From assembly GCA_964016885.1 (NCBI GenBank), contig OZ024743.1, positions 358,360,001 through 358,424,000 of the forward strand: a stretch of DNA of 64,000 bases, in the 5' to 3' direction. Positions 29,426-43,912 of the stretch are shown one piece after another. Positions within the stretch are counted from its first letter, which is position 1; each line of letters opens with the position of its first letter. The DNA is from Eledone cirrhosa. Lineage: Eukaryota. The translations under genes were made by a program, and so were the position numbers. Below the pieces are notes generated by a model. The model saw only the letters and a list, made by a program, of their open reading frames with translations, searched no databases and was not told the origin of the DNA.

Positions 29426-30597
29426 TTAATGTGTTATTGCTGGCATTGTGTCAAAAGTAAAAACAATTATTTCAACTCTTGATACAGGTCTGAAGTCTTC
29501 TAACCGCAGTTCAACAATACCGGACTGAAGGAAATAACATACAAATATGAAGAGTCCATATGAACTAAATGAGGAAGCAGAAAAGTAAATTTGATATAAA
29601 AGATATTGAAACAGTTGTTCGACAAAACTCCACAAGTCAGCAATGCCCGGAAACTGGACGAGTTCGTGCAGAACGGTTTCGTCGCGCTGCACTGCACGCA
29701 TCTCAGACAAGTCAGTCCTACAGCACTTCCTTGCCTGTAGAGTTTATCTCGAACCGACACTGCCATCCCGGTAGCATTGCCAGGCCAGGGATTTCTGGAA
29801 ATTATCTATAGGCTCCGGATCGAAAGTCTGTTGAGGAAAAGTGTAAAGGAAAGGACAAAAGGTCGAGAAGAGAAAACAAAAACTGAAGAAAATACACTAA
29901 AAAAAGCCTCACTCCACTGACCATGAACTTCGCAGTCTTGAAATTGAGTACCATGCCCCTCAGATCAAAGCTGGGTGTCTATAAAGCCTATAAAGATGAA
30001 GATGTGGTGTATGAAGAGAAAAAAGTAGGGCCGATATACAGAAGACAGACAAACGATGAGGTATTATTGGTAAAGGCCATATCAATAATTTATTGAAACA
30101 CAAATACCCAGAAGGCGTTATATGACTCTTAACATAGCTTAATCAAAAAGTACTCTTAGTGCTTTTGAGGGCCCTAAGTTTCAAAATAAACAATGAAAGG
30201 GGGACAGAGAAAATTCAAGCCAAAACTGTGAAGCAGAACCCATTTTCACTAAGGTTGCATTGAAATTCACAGTCCTACTAATGGAAGACAACCAGAAGTT
30301 GCATGCATATTCTGAATAAATGCAGTGCATATTGGTGAGCTGGGCACCGATTACACAGAGGTTGTGAATGACGGGATTTTAATAAAAACAAAAGAAACGC
30401 GCAACGAATAAAATTATGTAAATTGTCTTTTGGCTGTCATAGCTCACTGACATTAAGTGGACTGCGAGACTAGAAAAAGTTGGCAAATGGAAGAGAAGAG
30501 AAACTCAGAGTTGTGGAAAGCCCTGGAATGCTCTAGTGAAGGATTCTAACTCGTGAATACGAGAGTTGCCCAATTTGCTATTTAAATTGTATTATTT

Positions 30598-30997
30598 TGG
30601 TGGATTGGCAGTATCGGTAGAGGGTCACACGCCATGCTTTGATGCATAGAGTTACGGCCCTTGCCATTCTGAATTCAAATCCCGCCGAGGTTAACTTTGC
30701 CTTTCATCCTTACGGGGTCGATGAAATAAAGCACTAGTAATGCACTGGGTAATGGCTGGCCTTGTGCCAAAAGCAGAAACAATTATTTTGTAATTATTGT
30801 AAGAGTGGTGGATTGGCAGTATCGGCAGAGTTTCAAACACCATGCTTTGCAGCATAGAGTTATAGCCCTTTGCGCTCTGAGTTCAAATCTCACCGAGGTT
30901 AACTTTGTCTTTCATCGTTACGGGGGTTGATCTAATTAACACCAGTAATGTACTGGGCTAATTGCTGGCCTTGTGCCAAAGGTTGAAACAATTATTT
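30598..30997 (+). mobile_element. Tandem pair of SINEs
   Basis: Two full copies, each followed by AATTATTTTGTAATTATT. Confidence 0.9.
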
Positions 30998-31899
30998 TGT
31001 AATTATTACATTTTTGATATATCCTTTATAATCCGATGTTTCTATTAGTTTATATCAAATTTTATTATATTCGTTCTATAACGTCTTAACGCCTCTCCTT
31101 GTCTTTATGTAACTTTGTCTGGTACATGTTTTATAACATCTTTGTAACAATGTTTTATTTGTATGTATATATTAGGTCTTGTGACTAATTAAGAAATCAT
31201 TTTTATTCTTGTTGGTGTTATTGCTGACGTTATTATTATTATTGTTGTCTTTGTTGTTGTTGTTGTTGTTGTTGTTGTTATCATCATCATCTTTCTTGCG
31301 TATATTCTTTTTTTCAAGTCATACTGGATTGTTATAATCAATCTTGGATATTTGACTATGATCTAATATAACAATGTGGTTTCGTGTGTTTTGTTGGTGC
31401 CTCTGTACGTTTGTATGCTTAGCTTACTATGCAGAAAGTAGTTATGTTAATGTGTAAAGGTCTATCATTTATTTTAGTTTTGTTATTTTCCTAATGATGC
31501 GGGTACTCACCAGGGGGAAGTATTTCCTTGGGTTTGGACATTGCTCTGGTAACGTACTCTTCTATAGTCCATTCCACCTCCACCCCAACCGGCTTCCTAT
31601 CGCAATGACTACGACTGTAGTATCTAGGCCTCCACATTCTTGCTAGCTATTTCTATCAATAAATCTATCTGTATTTCATATGTTGTTTTGTTTTCTCTTT
31701 ACATGATTGATATGTTCCTGTCCACAGGACATGACACATCAATCATACTTTACATTGTGTGGGTTTTATCTTTTTATTTTTTTGCTATATCCGGTCGATT
31801 GACCAAGATCTCCTTGTCAGTGTGGTGCACTTCTTATGATAATTGTTAGAGTGTCGCACAAAAGCCTTGCGATATTATTTTACACCTTTTCTTACTGAT

Positions 31900-32342
31900 T
31901 TCTGAGTTCAAAACCCGTTGAAGTCAAATTTGCCTTTCATTCATCCGAGGTCAATATAAGTACTAGTCAAGTACTAGTCAAGTACTTCGATCGATATAAT
32001 CGACTGTTCCCTCCAACCAGAAAGTTCTAGCCTTGTTTCCATGTTAAGTCAATTTTACCTTTCATCCTCCCAAGGTCGATAAAATACCATACCAGTCAAG
32101 TACTGAGTCGGTGTGTTGGCCTTGTGCCTAAATTAGAAGCCATTATTATTCAGTGAGGTGGTTAAACGTGGGACAAAATGCCTTACAATACATAGTTTCG
32201 GCTCTTTAAGTTTGAGTTCAAATCACGCTGCGATCGACTTGTCATTCAGTGAAATTCTGGGGTTGATCAAATTAACTATTTCTTCTCTCAAAAGGTATGG
32301 GCTTGTGTCTACCTAAATTAGAAATTATTATTTATTATTATT
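31900..32342 (+). mobile_element. Cluster of old SINE fragments
   Basis: Degenerate B box and core motifs. Confidence 0.6.
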
Positions 32343-32991
32343 AGCACTGTTGCGTCACCGAATACTAGGTCTCTGGGATTAATTATCGATAATTCCTCTC
32401 CATGACTTTCTATTGGTTATTATTTGGCCTCGTAAGACTAAATAAAAACTGTATTATTTTTTTTTTCTTTAAGAATATCATGAATATATCGCAAATGAGA
32501 AATGCCAACCGTATCAACTAACAAAAGAATTTATTACTTTTTTCTGTTTTTTATAATAATTCCCATTGTGACATATGTAAACATCCCAGAAAGATTTGAA
32601 TTGATCTCTTGTTTGTTTTGAAGGAAGGGTGATTTTTTCTTTCTCTTTTAGTTTTCTAACACATCCTCTTATTTTATGTGTGTTCACTCGTACACTAGAG
32701 AATACAGCGAGATCCGCATTTTACGCTGTTAATACCTCCCCGTTCTGCGGTACTATAAACCGTATATGTTCAAGTTCCTGATATGAAAGTGTTTCTAACT
32801 ACGTAAGTTCAAAACTGCACTATCTAAAACTGCGTTTTAAATCCAGATATGTGAAGTGTAGTTCATGCACCTCATAGGAGCATCATAATGTTATTATGTA
32901 AACAAATAGTTCAAACAGAGTGGACATGGACACTTTATCTGCTAGAAATATCAGCCAAATCTTTGCTGTTTTAATAAAGAAAGGACACAAA

Positions 32992-33102
32992 TAATTGTTT
33001 CTACTTTAGGCACAAGGCCAGCAATTGTCCCAGTGCATTACTGGTACTTTATTGTATCGACCCCGTAAGGATGAAAAGCAAAGCTAACCTCGGCGGGATT
33101 TT
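32992..33102 (-). mobile_element. 5'-truncated SINE with TSD
   Basis: Core and tail; GAAAGGACACAAATAAT on both sides. Confidence 0.85.
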
Positions 33103-33357
33103 GAAAGGACACAAATAATGTAATACTATATAACACTAAAATACTGGAATGTATGTGATCAACAAGAAGTTACGTGAGCACCGTACGTTAATACACTACA
33201 ATAAGTCTGATAACATGAACTGTAATGAAATACTGAGTCGTTCAACTACAACCCAGCAGTTGAATAAAGAACAATTATTTCTATCTATTAAACAATAGAC
33301 AATATACACACATAAGTGTGTGTGTGAGAGAGAGACAAGGGTGTGGATATATGAATA

Positions 33358-33660
33358 CAGCGGCGTAGAAATGCCCGCATGCGGCCCGCGAAGCTTTCTG
33401 AATAGCTTGCCTATGTCACCTAAGTGAAATCTTTCTGATTTTTTTACTTTTTACCTCAACTTTTCAGTCGTAATTTATCTTTCTATCATTTTTACGATCG
33501 AGGAAAACAACGTGTACGACTTCTGAGAAAACAAGTCAAAACAAACTGAGTTACCGCTCTTTTTTAATGTGAGCGCGAATGTAAATTAACGCTTGCAGCC
33601 TGTCTGATGATGAGCCATATATCATGTGGCCCGCTTCTCGAAAAAGGTTGCCCATGCCTG
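33358..33660 (-). mobile_element. hAT-like MITE (related partial copy 38348-38530 plus)
   Basis: Terminus CAGGCATGGGCAACCTTTTT and GCGGCCCGC subterminal motifs. Confidence 0.6.
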
Positions 33661-34233
33661 ATGTAAAAGCACGTGGAGAATGAAAACTCCAAAATCAAAT
33701 CCCTACTTATTTTATAGATATCCTTTTATTGGGAAAGTCAAAGGGAAGGACTTCTTGTATAGAACCTGCGGTTGAAACAATTTCTGCTCATTCTAGCTCT
33801 CGCTTGCTGGATATTTAAAAATAGATACAACCATACTTGTTGGTATGGATCCTGTAGTGGATCAAAAATGGTAAATAAAAAAAGTAGACAATGGCAGACA
33901 TATACAAGTTTATGTCAATATAATCCAATAATTTACAAATATCTCATCAACATCTTATTTGCTTTGATTTTCTTTCAAACGTCCTGTGTCAATCGAAAGC
34001 TAACCACGTGTGTTCAGCAAATAAAAGTACATAGTTACAAATATGCACATTGTCAACAAGTGTATTTTCTTAAAGTATTTATTATGTGTTTCAAATCCAG
34101 AGACTGATTTGGGTGGAAATTCTTGTCTGGTTATCTCCCTTTAGAGGAGAACCTCTCTCTCGAAAGTCTAGGAAGGAAGGCGCTTGAGACGACTGTCATC
34201 TGACAAGATGACGCAATCATTTATATATATATA

Positions 34234-34279
<46 letters not shown>

Positions 34280-35019
34280 GAGAAAATGAATTGCAGCTTT
34301 TTGTAAACTTTATTTCATATTACAATTGGCTCTGTATGAATCAGCTCAGGCTTGATCATGCGATCGGATCCCGTCTCTTAATCGACGCTTCTTTAGATAT
34401 GAGAGTTTACATGGGTGGTCCCATATATATATATACATACATATATATACATATATATATATATACATAAATATATATACACACACACACACACATAGAT
34501 ATAGATATATATATATATATGTGTTGGTATGTATATTTAATTTTGATAGTTTGTATAATTTTGCATAATTTTGTACATAGATCTGTTGAATATGCATGCC
34601 AATTCTAACACATATATATCCTAGAAACGATCGTTAAATAATGAACTTTTTTTGTTTAATATAAGGAACTGTTTCATTGTTTTATTCATTATTTTTTTAA
34701 TATTTTTTATATATATATATCATGAAGCGGTACGATGCAAACAGCGAGATCAGCTGTTTCAACTTGTTTTCACAAGTATTTTCGATATTCTGTATAGGTC
34801 GTATGTTTGTTGATAAACAGGATAATGTTATCAGATCTAAATCAAAGATTAAGATCATTTACTATATCACCGACGAGTACGGGTGACAGTAAAGTCAAAT
34901 GCACGAAGCATTTAAATTTAAAAAAGTAATCCTGTTTACTGAAATACACATAAATTTCTAACATCGGTGTGTATTAAGCTATATGCATATATATATAAAT
35001 ATATGTATGTATATATATA

Positions 35020-35071
<52 letters not shown>

Positions 35072-35184
35072 ATCATGCTTTATTTTTATTTTTATTTTTA
35101 ATTTCATTCGCACCGTTTCCTTTCGCTATATGTCTCTCCACCACTCCCCTACACACCCTTTGAACTCTGTTCCCACACACTTCT

Positions 35185-35218
35185 CACCTGAGGAAGGGCT
35201 TATGCCCGAAACGTCGTT
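35185..35218 (+). ncRNA. Minimal hammerhead ribozyme in a solo PLE 3' end (35070-35308)
   Basis: ac-CTGAGGA-a-gggc-ttat-gccc-GAAA-c-GTC-gt; AATAAA downstream, TA runs on both sides. Confidence 0.75.
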
Positions 35219-35305
35219 CCCCACCACCACCCCACTCTCCAGAGCGGGAAATTAATAAACATTCGTTGTACTGCCTCTCTGTTTTGTTCCTGTTCAAATG
35301 TTTCC

Positions 35306-35560
<255 letters not shown>

Positions 35561-35896
35561 ACAGAGAGAGAGTGTGAGAGAGAGGGGGGGAATGTTAGTA
35601 GTATTCACTTTCTGTTAGTATAATCAATTATTTTAGAGTTATTATGTAACAAAAAACTGATACCGCTTACAGTAGTGTTTTACTCAACGGTCGAATAATT
35701 TAGTTTGGTAAATACTGTGGTAGTTCTAGTATAATGTTCCAAATGTAACAATTTACGGATTACTTTCATTCTTTCAATCAAGTTAAATATAATCCAACTA
35801 CTCAAATAATTATAAGTAGACACAAGGGATTTCCAGAGGTTGACTGATAATAAGGGACTTCTTTTTTCTGTTGTCTTTGTCCTGTGCGTCCACTTT

Positions 35897-35970
<74 letters not shown>

Positions 35971-36327
35971 TAAGGCATATATGAAAGCATATACAATTTT
36001 TTTATATATAAAAAACCTACATAACTCTTGCTGTGAGTATTTTAAGGTGTGATCATTTCACAGCTACCTCAGTATTCGTGAGGGAACACCAAACACTGGT
36101 ATTTCAGGATCTTTAACTAACCTCAGTGCTGTTTTCTCAGTCGATACTGAGGCAAAATAAATATTAGCCGATATAGACTTTGCTGACGGTACATCTAAGG
36201 AGATTCACATTTGAATATAGTTCGGGCCTAGTAGGTTGTTATTAAAAAAGCGTGATTCATAATAGAGGCGTATCGGAAAGGATATACGATATGTTTATAT
36301 ATAATAAACATAAATATATCTTACTAA

Positions 36328-36372
<45 letters not shown>

Positions 36373-36552
36373 CGTTTGTGTGTTTTATATGTGTCTTCAT
36401 GCTTACAAATAGCTGATCAGCCTTTTGTAAACATTCTGGTTTGAGGAATGACGAGCAGATGTAGGTATGCATTATGTGTTATAAACGACCTCTTCGGGTA
36501 TGAAACAAACAGGAGCCGACATAATGGTATGTAATATCGTTATTATGTATAC

Positions 36553-36644
<92 letters not shown>

Positions 36645-36783
36645 TTGGGGGACTCTAACGATATGTATCTAGAACCTTTAACACAATCAATTAATAACTA
36701 TATCCACTATGGAACTGAATAATTGATACTGTTTGGTTTAGTTTGTTTGTTATTTTTGTTTATATATTATGTGTATAGATATA

Positions 36784-36880
<97 letters not shown>

Positions 36881-37304
36881 ATATATGTATATATTTTATA
36901 TATATATATATATATGTTCTCTTCTTGTTTTCTTCAAAAAGTATGTTATAATGTGATATGTCTTTTATCGGTGGACAGAAGACGCTTGTTTTGTAACCAT
37001 GGTTTCCGAGTTTCCTGTGACACAACCATTCATTCATTCATCCCAGCGCTCAAGCGATTATGTATATTTCTCTGTTGTTATCTGTTTAGATTACGTATGA
37101 GATATGTGAATATGTCGCAGACATTTTGACTGCTCGCTTTTATACATTAATCTTTTAGGGTAATTGATAGGAGTGAGTACATCTCTTCTTGCCCCCCTCT
37201 CATTGACTCTGTTGATTTCTTTTTACGTCTCTTTAGTTCTCTAGGGCTTTCTCTCGCTCGTTCTTTCTCTCTTTCTCTCACTCTCTTCTTCTCTTTCGTT
37301 CCTG

Positions 37305-37387
<83 letters not shown>

Positions 37388-37410
37388 TGTGCGCGCGCGT
37401 GTGTGTGTAC

Positions 37411-37540
<130 letters not shown>

Positions 37541-38019
37541 TGCATACATCCGTTGCTTTCTCTCTCTATCTATCTATCTATCTCTCTCTCTCTCCCTCTC
37601 TCCCTCTATCTCTCTCTCTCTCCCTCCCTCCCTTTCCTCCCTTGGTGTCATATGTGTGTATGTGTGAAAATGTGTATGTATGTACGTGTATTTTAGCGTA
37701 CCTCTGAATATGTGTCTACATATTTCTGTGTGTATGTGTGTATGTGTGTATGTGTGTGTGTGTGAAGAGAGAGAGGTTGATAGTGTGAATGGTGAATAAT
37801 TGATGTGATGAGTGATGGCTTGAATTGAGTGATTGGTTGGGTTCGGTACTAGTTCTGATAGTAAAGCACGATGAAGGTTTGTTGTTCTTGCTATGTTAAG
37901 TGATGCTGTGGGTCATGTTGATGGCAGAAAATTGGCCGAGTTCATTTTGGGGTGGGGAATTAGTCTGGAGGTGGAGCTGTGTACTGATGACCTTTTCAGG
38001 CCCTCCGTGACAGTGTGAC

Positions 38020-38290
38020 ATTAATACAGTTGATTTTTAACTTCAACATCTGCAAGTCTATGTCTGCAGGAAAAAATACATATAACTGGGTGGTGAAGGA
38101 CTTTCAGATGGATGCCGCATTGAGAAGTAAGGATTGCTGACGGAATTAGTGCAGGGTCGTGATGAGGAGACAACATGAATGACGTGAAGAGAAGAAGCGG
38201 ATGAATAGAGTAGAGGTTTCATGTAGGTAACAAATTAAGAGGATCATATATTACTATAGAGATAGAATAGATAGAGAACGGAGGCAACAC
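38020..38290 (-). mobile_element. Decayed 3' end of an APE-type LINE (CR1/L2/Jockey group)
   Basis: Remnant pattern LSILSL...SIW..L...FP...DL..K..IN. Confidence 0.4.
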
Positions 38291-38634
38291 GTCTGTGAAC
38301 TAATGGTTGCATTAAGGCCGGATTAAGTTCTTTTGAGGCTCTAAACCAGGCATGGGCAACCTTTTTCGGGAATCGGGCCGCATGAGATATGGTTCATTAT
38401 CAGGCAGGCTGCAAAGCGCTAATTTACATTCATTACCCACATTAAAAAAAGGGCGGTAACTCAGGTTGTTTTGATTTGTTTCTTCAAAATTCGTACACGT
38501 TGTTCCTCGATCGTAAAAATGATATAGAGATAAGAGCGAGAGAGACGGAGGCGGTGACGGTGGGAGTTTGGTTCCTTTGTGTTCGAACCTGGTGTATATG
38601 ATGTATATGTTTCACAGACACACACATACAATGT

Positions 38635-39657
38635 ACCAGATAGAAAAATGCGTACAGCAAAAAAAAGTAATATTGTTGGAATATAAACCTTTAAAAATAC
38701 AGGACAAGAAACTAAAATAAAACTTTAAAAGAATAGGACAAGAAACTAAGATAAAACTTTAAAGAATTGGACAAGAAATAAAAAATGTTACAATAATATT
38801 AGTGGCAAAATTTTTATTGGTAAAAAATCGAGTTCCACATTCATAGGCTCTGGGTTCCACATTCAGAGGTCGTCGTCAGACCGGGGGGATCATTTGATCC
38901 TGGTTTGAACACCAATTGGGCCATAACCATACCCCTATTTCATCATTCGGCGACACGCCTCATGTGTCATGCATAATGTGAATGGACCCATGGGCCCATG
39001 AGCACAGATCTTGAGCAGCAGCGGACGGTCTTGTCGTCCCGCTCATACTTGATCTTGACCAACCCGTCCATCTTCTCCTTGCATCTTGTCCTTGAGTTCA
39101 AGTCCGGCAGTCCAGATGAATGCGTGCCACAGCTTTCTGGTACAGGAAGGAGGAGCAGGAGGACTGGAGGGATGACGGGACAGAGGGAGGACCGGTGGTT
39201 GAGGGAGGTGCCGTAGTCGGTGGTCAGAGTCGACATCTTGTCCCGGTCGTCTTCTCCATCTTCGTCCGGTGTTGCGGGACCAGAAGTGCATTCTTGGAGG
39301 AGACCTGCAGCTGCATCGGCCAATTCTTCTTGCACTGGTCATTCTGACGGAGCAGAACTGCTCAGCCAACCAACCCCAACCAGAACCAACCGCTCAGGGG
39401 CAACGCACAATGAGAGCATGACAATTATTATGCACTAATCAAGAAGATACTGGGGCATAGCACAGGAAACGAATAAAAAAATTTTGCCACTAATATTATT
39501 GTAAAATTTTTTATTTCTTGTCCAATTCTTTAAAGTTTTATCTTAGTTTCTTGTCCTATTCTTTTAAAGTTTTATTTTAGTTTCTTGTCCTGTATTTTTA
39601 AAGGTTTATATTCCAACAATATTACTTTTTTTTGCTGTACGCATTTTTCTATCTGGT
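38635..39657. mobile_element. Non-autonomous TIR DNA transposon with GC-rich cargo
   Basis: ~184-bp near-perfect TIRs (38635-38818/39472-39657) starting ACCAGATAGAAAAATGCG, each with three GGACAAGAAA subrepeats. Confidence 0.85.
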
Positions 39658-39719
39658 CTACTATTTTTTAAGGCAATGCAAGCAACAACTATCTAATAAT
39701 TAAAAGATCATAGTGAATT

Positions 39720-40130
39720 ACTGACAAGTGATTGACATTTTAAAGTTCTTTTGAGTATAATTGCAATCTAGTTGAGGCAACTGGCTTAATGACAAAGCTA
39801 GTAAATCATGAATGCATTTGAGATGATTAGTGCATAATAGTGAATTGGTGAAACTTGTGCATTTCAATGGTGTTAAGGATAAAAACTGATACTGCTGTCT
39901 ACGACCTTTATATAGGATTGTCATGTTTCTCTGTATCTGCAATGTGGGTATACAAAATAAGAATTATGATATTAACTTTTATTTAAAATCCCCAAAAATG
40001 GTGTGCATGAAAACTTCAAAAAGTAATTCTATTTCTATTGATGACCTCTTAGTTGCTCATACTAATTTTGTAAAAGATTTCAAGCCAATAATCAGAATGA
40101 TCTGGTATAATTTTTATGCAGATAAATGAC
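39720..40130 (-). pseudogene. Possible decayed MULE-type transposase
   Basis: Remnants HSDYWLE, SFHAH, LQIQRN..I.YK; many stops. Confidence 0.3.
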
Positions 40131-40741
40131 TAATTAGTATAAAGGGCCATCCAGATATCATGTGGACACCGCGAACCAAAAATGGTCACATGATATCTGC
40201 ATGGCTCCTAAGCATCCCCTCCACATGGCGGGGACATGGGTCATCATCGTTGAGCACTCACCTATTTTTAAAATATTAGACTATGATAAATGAATTTAGT
40301 TAAAAATACAATTTGAAATATATTAGATTACCTCCCCTTGTAATCACCTCGTAATTACCTCTCCTAGCGTCACGCTTACTACTCACTCACTTGAACACAA
40401 GATTTATCAGCAAACTTTGATTATAAACTTTTTCCCGCTGGACCAAATTTCTAGATTTTAAGCCAAAAGATGCCTAATGATCTACTGTTCATGCTCATAT
40501 AAGTTTTATCTCAGTTAAATAAAGTAGAGCCGCGCTGTACTGTCGTAAACAGACGATTGCCAACGAAAACACGACCACATATGATGTATATGTTTCACAG
40601 ACACACACATACAATGTATAGAATAGAAATCTTTCATTGTCATTCGTAATAGTGTGATTGGTGCATTTATTTAAACTTTGCTTCATAGAGTTCAAATATT
40701 AATTCTGAAGATAGGTGTTGTTAATATATATAATAGAAAAG

Positions 40742-40959
40742 GGGCGGTGGATTGGCAGTATCGGTAAAGCGTCGAACACCATGCTTTGCAGCATAGAGTT
40801 ACGACTCTTTACACTCTGAGTTCAAATCCCGCCGAGGTTAGTTTTGCCTTTCATCCTTACGGGGTCGATAAATAAAGCACCATTAATGCATTGGGGTCGA
40901 TTTAATCGACTTTCCCCTCCCCTTCAAATTGTTGGCCTTGTGCCTTAAGTAGAAACAAT
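40742..40959 (+). mobile_element. SINE, full length
   Basis: A/B boxes, core, tail. Confidence 0.9.
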
Positions 40960-41029
40960 ATATATATATAGTAGAAAAATATTTATCTCTGTAAGAAAGA
41001 AAACTTACTGTGTGTTCCTACATGTTTCT

Positions 41030-41700
41030 AAAATTCAGGATAGATTCCTGGAGAAAGATTGAACAGTCTTACACTTGTAAAGTCTGTTCTGGTTCTGGGG
41101 CGCTTTGTTTGGGGATGATAGAAGGAACACTGGCGGGACACAATACTTTATTGGCCTTTTTACATTTAACATGTAAGTGTGTGTAGTGAAATTGAACAAA
41201 TTGAAGGAAAGTTTGAGAGGAGTTTTACCGATTGTATGCATTGGGCAGTTGAAAGCAAAAGCAACAAATGTAGAAGCGTTCTCCACAGGAGTACTACTTA
41301 TGGCATTATCGTTGCTGAAGACTGGCATATTGGGGATTTTTCAGATGATCAAATGATAATTTTACGGATGTATGGTAGTGAGTAAAAGCCACTTAGTTTG
41401 TGAAAATAGGTGATATTTTTTAGCAGGTGTTGCTGACTGTGATTTGCTGATAGTGCTGCAGCGAAGCTACGTGTGAACCATTTGTTTCGGATAAGTCAGG
41501 GATAAAGCACATTTATTACCAAGGGATTATTAGCGCAAACCTGGTGGCAGGTATGAGTTTCGTGTGATATGTGTATAAGTGGTGGGTGGTCTTGATTGTT
41601 AGACGATCCGATAAGTGCAGATACGATAATAGCTTGGTAAAGACTGAGTTAATAGGTGAGGAAGTGGTCGGGAGTGTTAGTGGTGATGGTGGTGACTAAT
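41030..41700 (-). mobile_element. Decayed APE-type LINE fragment (pre-RT region)
   Basis: STPVENA..F, P..VPSIIPKQSAPE...RLFNLS remnants. Confidence 0.4.
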
Positions 41701-43071
41701 AATTTTAAAGACCGAAGAAATTTGTACATTTGAAAAAGAGGGGAAGGAAGTCATTGTAATATGAGGTAGGTGTCAAAAACGTGGGTGGAGAGAGAGAGAG
41801 AAAGAGTGTGTGTGTTAATTTACGTCGGTGAACGATATTCTTTGTGTGATCATCTATATTCGTTTACTCTTTTTACTGGTTTCAAGCATTTGAGTACAAC
41901 CATACAGGAAAATGAAATTGAAACCCTAGTACGTTTTTTACGAGAATAAATATATACACACACACACATATACATATATACATATATATATAAACACACA
42001 CACACATATATATATATATATTTATATACTATATAAAATCAATGAAGATCGCTGGTATTAATTCAACGGTCTCCGGCCACGTCTAGCTCACTCAATGAAT
42101 TTGCTGAATTGCAATCAGCCGTTCAGAATGCACACATTTAGTTTTAGCAGATGCGGTGGCGGTGTTTAGGTAGAGAGAATATATATATGGTGTAAGGGTT
42201 AATGCACTTGGCCGAAACTATGGTTTCTGGAATTCAAAAAACATTGACCATTCCAAAACATTGGAATAACCAACTTTTATACCACTCTGTAGTACGTAGA
42301 TTTACATGTATACACTGTCGAGTGCTCTATTCTGGTACACTAATATCAGTTGATTAATTTACACAAAAGTACCAAGTATATGTGTGCATACCAGTCTCCT
42401 CTCTCTGCGCCATTAATGTCTTCTAAGGTAAAGGCAAAGGCCGATCAAATTACAAAATGAGGAAATAATAGACAAAAATATACCTATTTTTCCTTCAAAA
42501 TCCCGACTGCAGTTTCGCCGATCCGTGTGCAACGTTCTGCACTATAAAAATGCATCATCGCTGTGAGGTTGATACGGCTTATAAAGAGACTCCTCAGAAA
42601 AGGGACTGTTTTTTGACGCGTTCGTAGCAAGTGAGAAAATCTCTAGAGGCGGAGGGAGAAATTAACACATGATACAGTGGTCACAGAAGGGTAGTAAGGT
42701 GGATAGTGGGCGAATAACGAATTTGCTAGAAAAAGCAGTTAGTACACTCCCTGGTTAACTCGAACATAGGGGAGTTTGGGACAATATAATAATGAAATAC
42801 ACACACATATTCATATGTATATGTGTGTGTGTGGTGTCCGCCGTAACAATTTTTGCTCGATGACCGAAAGAGCTAAAATAATCAAAATAACTAAAATAAC
42901 TCAATAATCAGAGCTATTTATCAAATTACAAAATATAAAGAAATAATAGACAAATATATATATATTATTCAATTGATGAAAGTTGGTTGATAAAATAATC
43001 CACCGACATAAAGCTCTCTACGATTTGTATTCCTTAGGATTTTCTCGGTAAGGTATCAACTGGAGTTTCAA

Positions 43072-43165
43072 TATTATGAATAAGAGAGATAGTTTTATCC
43101 GTACATCTTTTTATTACATGTAATAAAAAGATATACGAATAAAACAGTCCCTCTTATTCATAATA
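43072..43165. repeat. Imperfect ~94-bp palindrome
   Basis: TATTATGAATAAGAG...TTAC|ATGTAA...CTCTTATTCATAATA adjoining a TA run. Confidence 0.8.
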
Positions 43166-43300
43166 TATATATATATATATATTTGTGTGTGGGGGGGGGG
43201 GGGCGTGTTAGCACAATGATAATTGCGAAGACCAGATATAGAAATTGATAATTCCTTTTATAATAATCCCCCGTAATACATATTTCTTCAGCGTTCATGA

Positions 43301-43497
43301 ATACGTGATGCTGTGATCACGCAATCAGCAACACGACTTCCTCAGACAGCATCTTAGGTAATAATGGAAACTTACGACTCGTCCGTCCCTTTGTCCATAG
43401 CCTCTATTGCATTAGCAATATTACATAATAACCTTATTACCTAAGATGCTGTCTGATAAAATCGTATTGTTTGTTGCGTGATTACAGCATCAAGTAA
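43301..43497. repeat. Inverted repeat with degenerate CTGANGA motifs
   Basis: Arms ~43301-43367/43432-43497 (CAGACAGCATCTTAGGTAATAA and its reverse complement). Confidence 0.75.
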
Positions 43498-43515
43498 TAT
43501 GCGCCACAAAAATAT

Positions 43516-43912
43516 GCGCCGCGAAGGGTGTAGAGGAGCTTCGGCATGGCGAAGCTGTTCCTCGACAGGAGAGAGCTGGGTGGCCATCGATCAAGCCCAG
43601 TCGGCTTGTGAGGGTCTGGAGTTGTTGGAGCCTAGACCTGATGGTGGAGTGGATGGCCGGCGAGTGGATCGGTGACCCGAGGATGACGACATCCTCTTTG
43701 GGAGTCACCAGTGCCTGGTGGAGAATGGACCGTTGAAGCTCTGAGCATCATAGCTGACATTCACCACCTCCTACTTGGACGAGTTCACCTGGAGGCCGAT
43801 TCAAGCCACGGCAGGAACCACCGATTGAAGGTCATGGCAGACAGTCTCCACGGGCCCGCCCAGCGTAGCATCGTCCAGGTACCAAACGTTGAGAGGGGCC
43901 GTGATACTCCGA
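43516..43912 (-). mobile_element. Second CRE-clade RT fragment
   Basis: Homologous to ~7445-7856 (YLDDATL, ILGSPIH, RLGLIDGHPAL). Confidence 0.85.
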
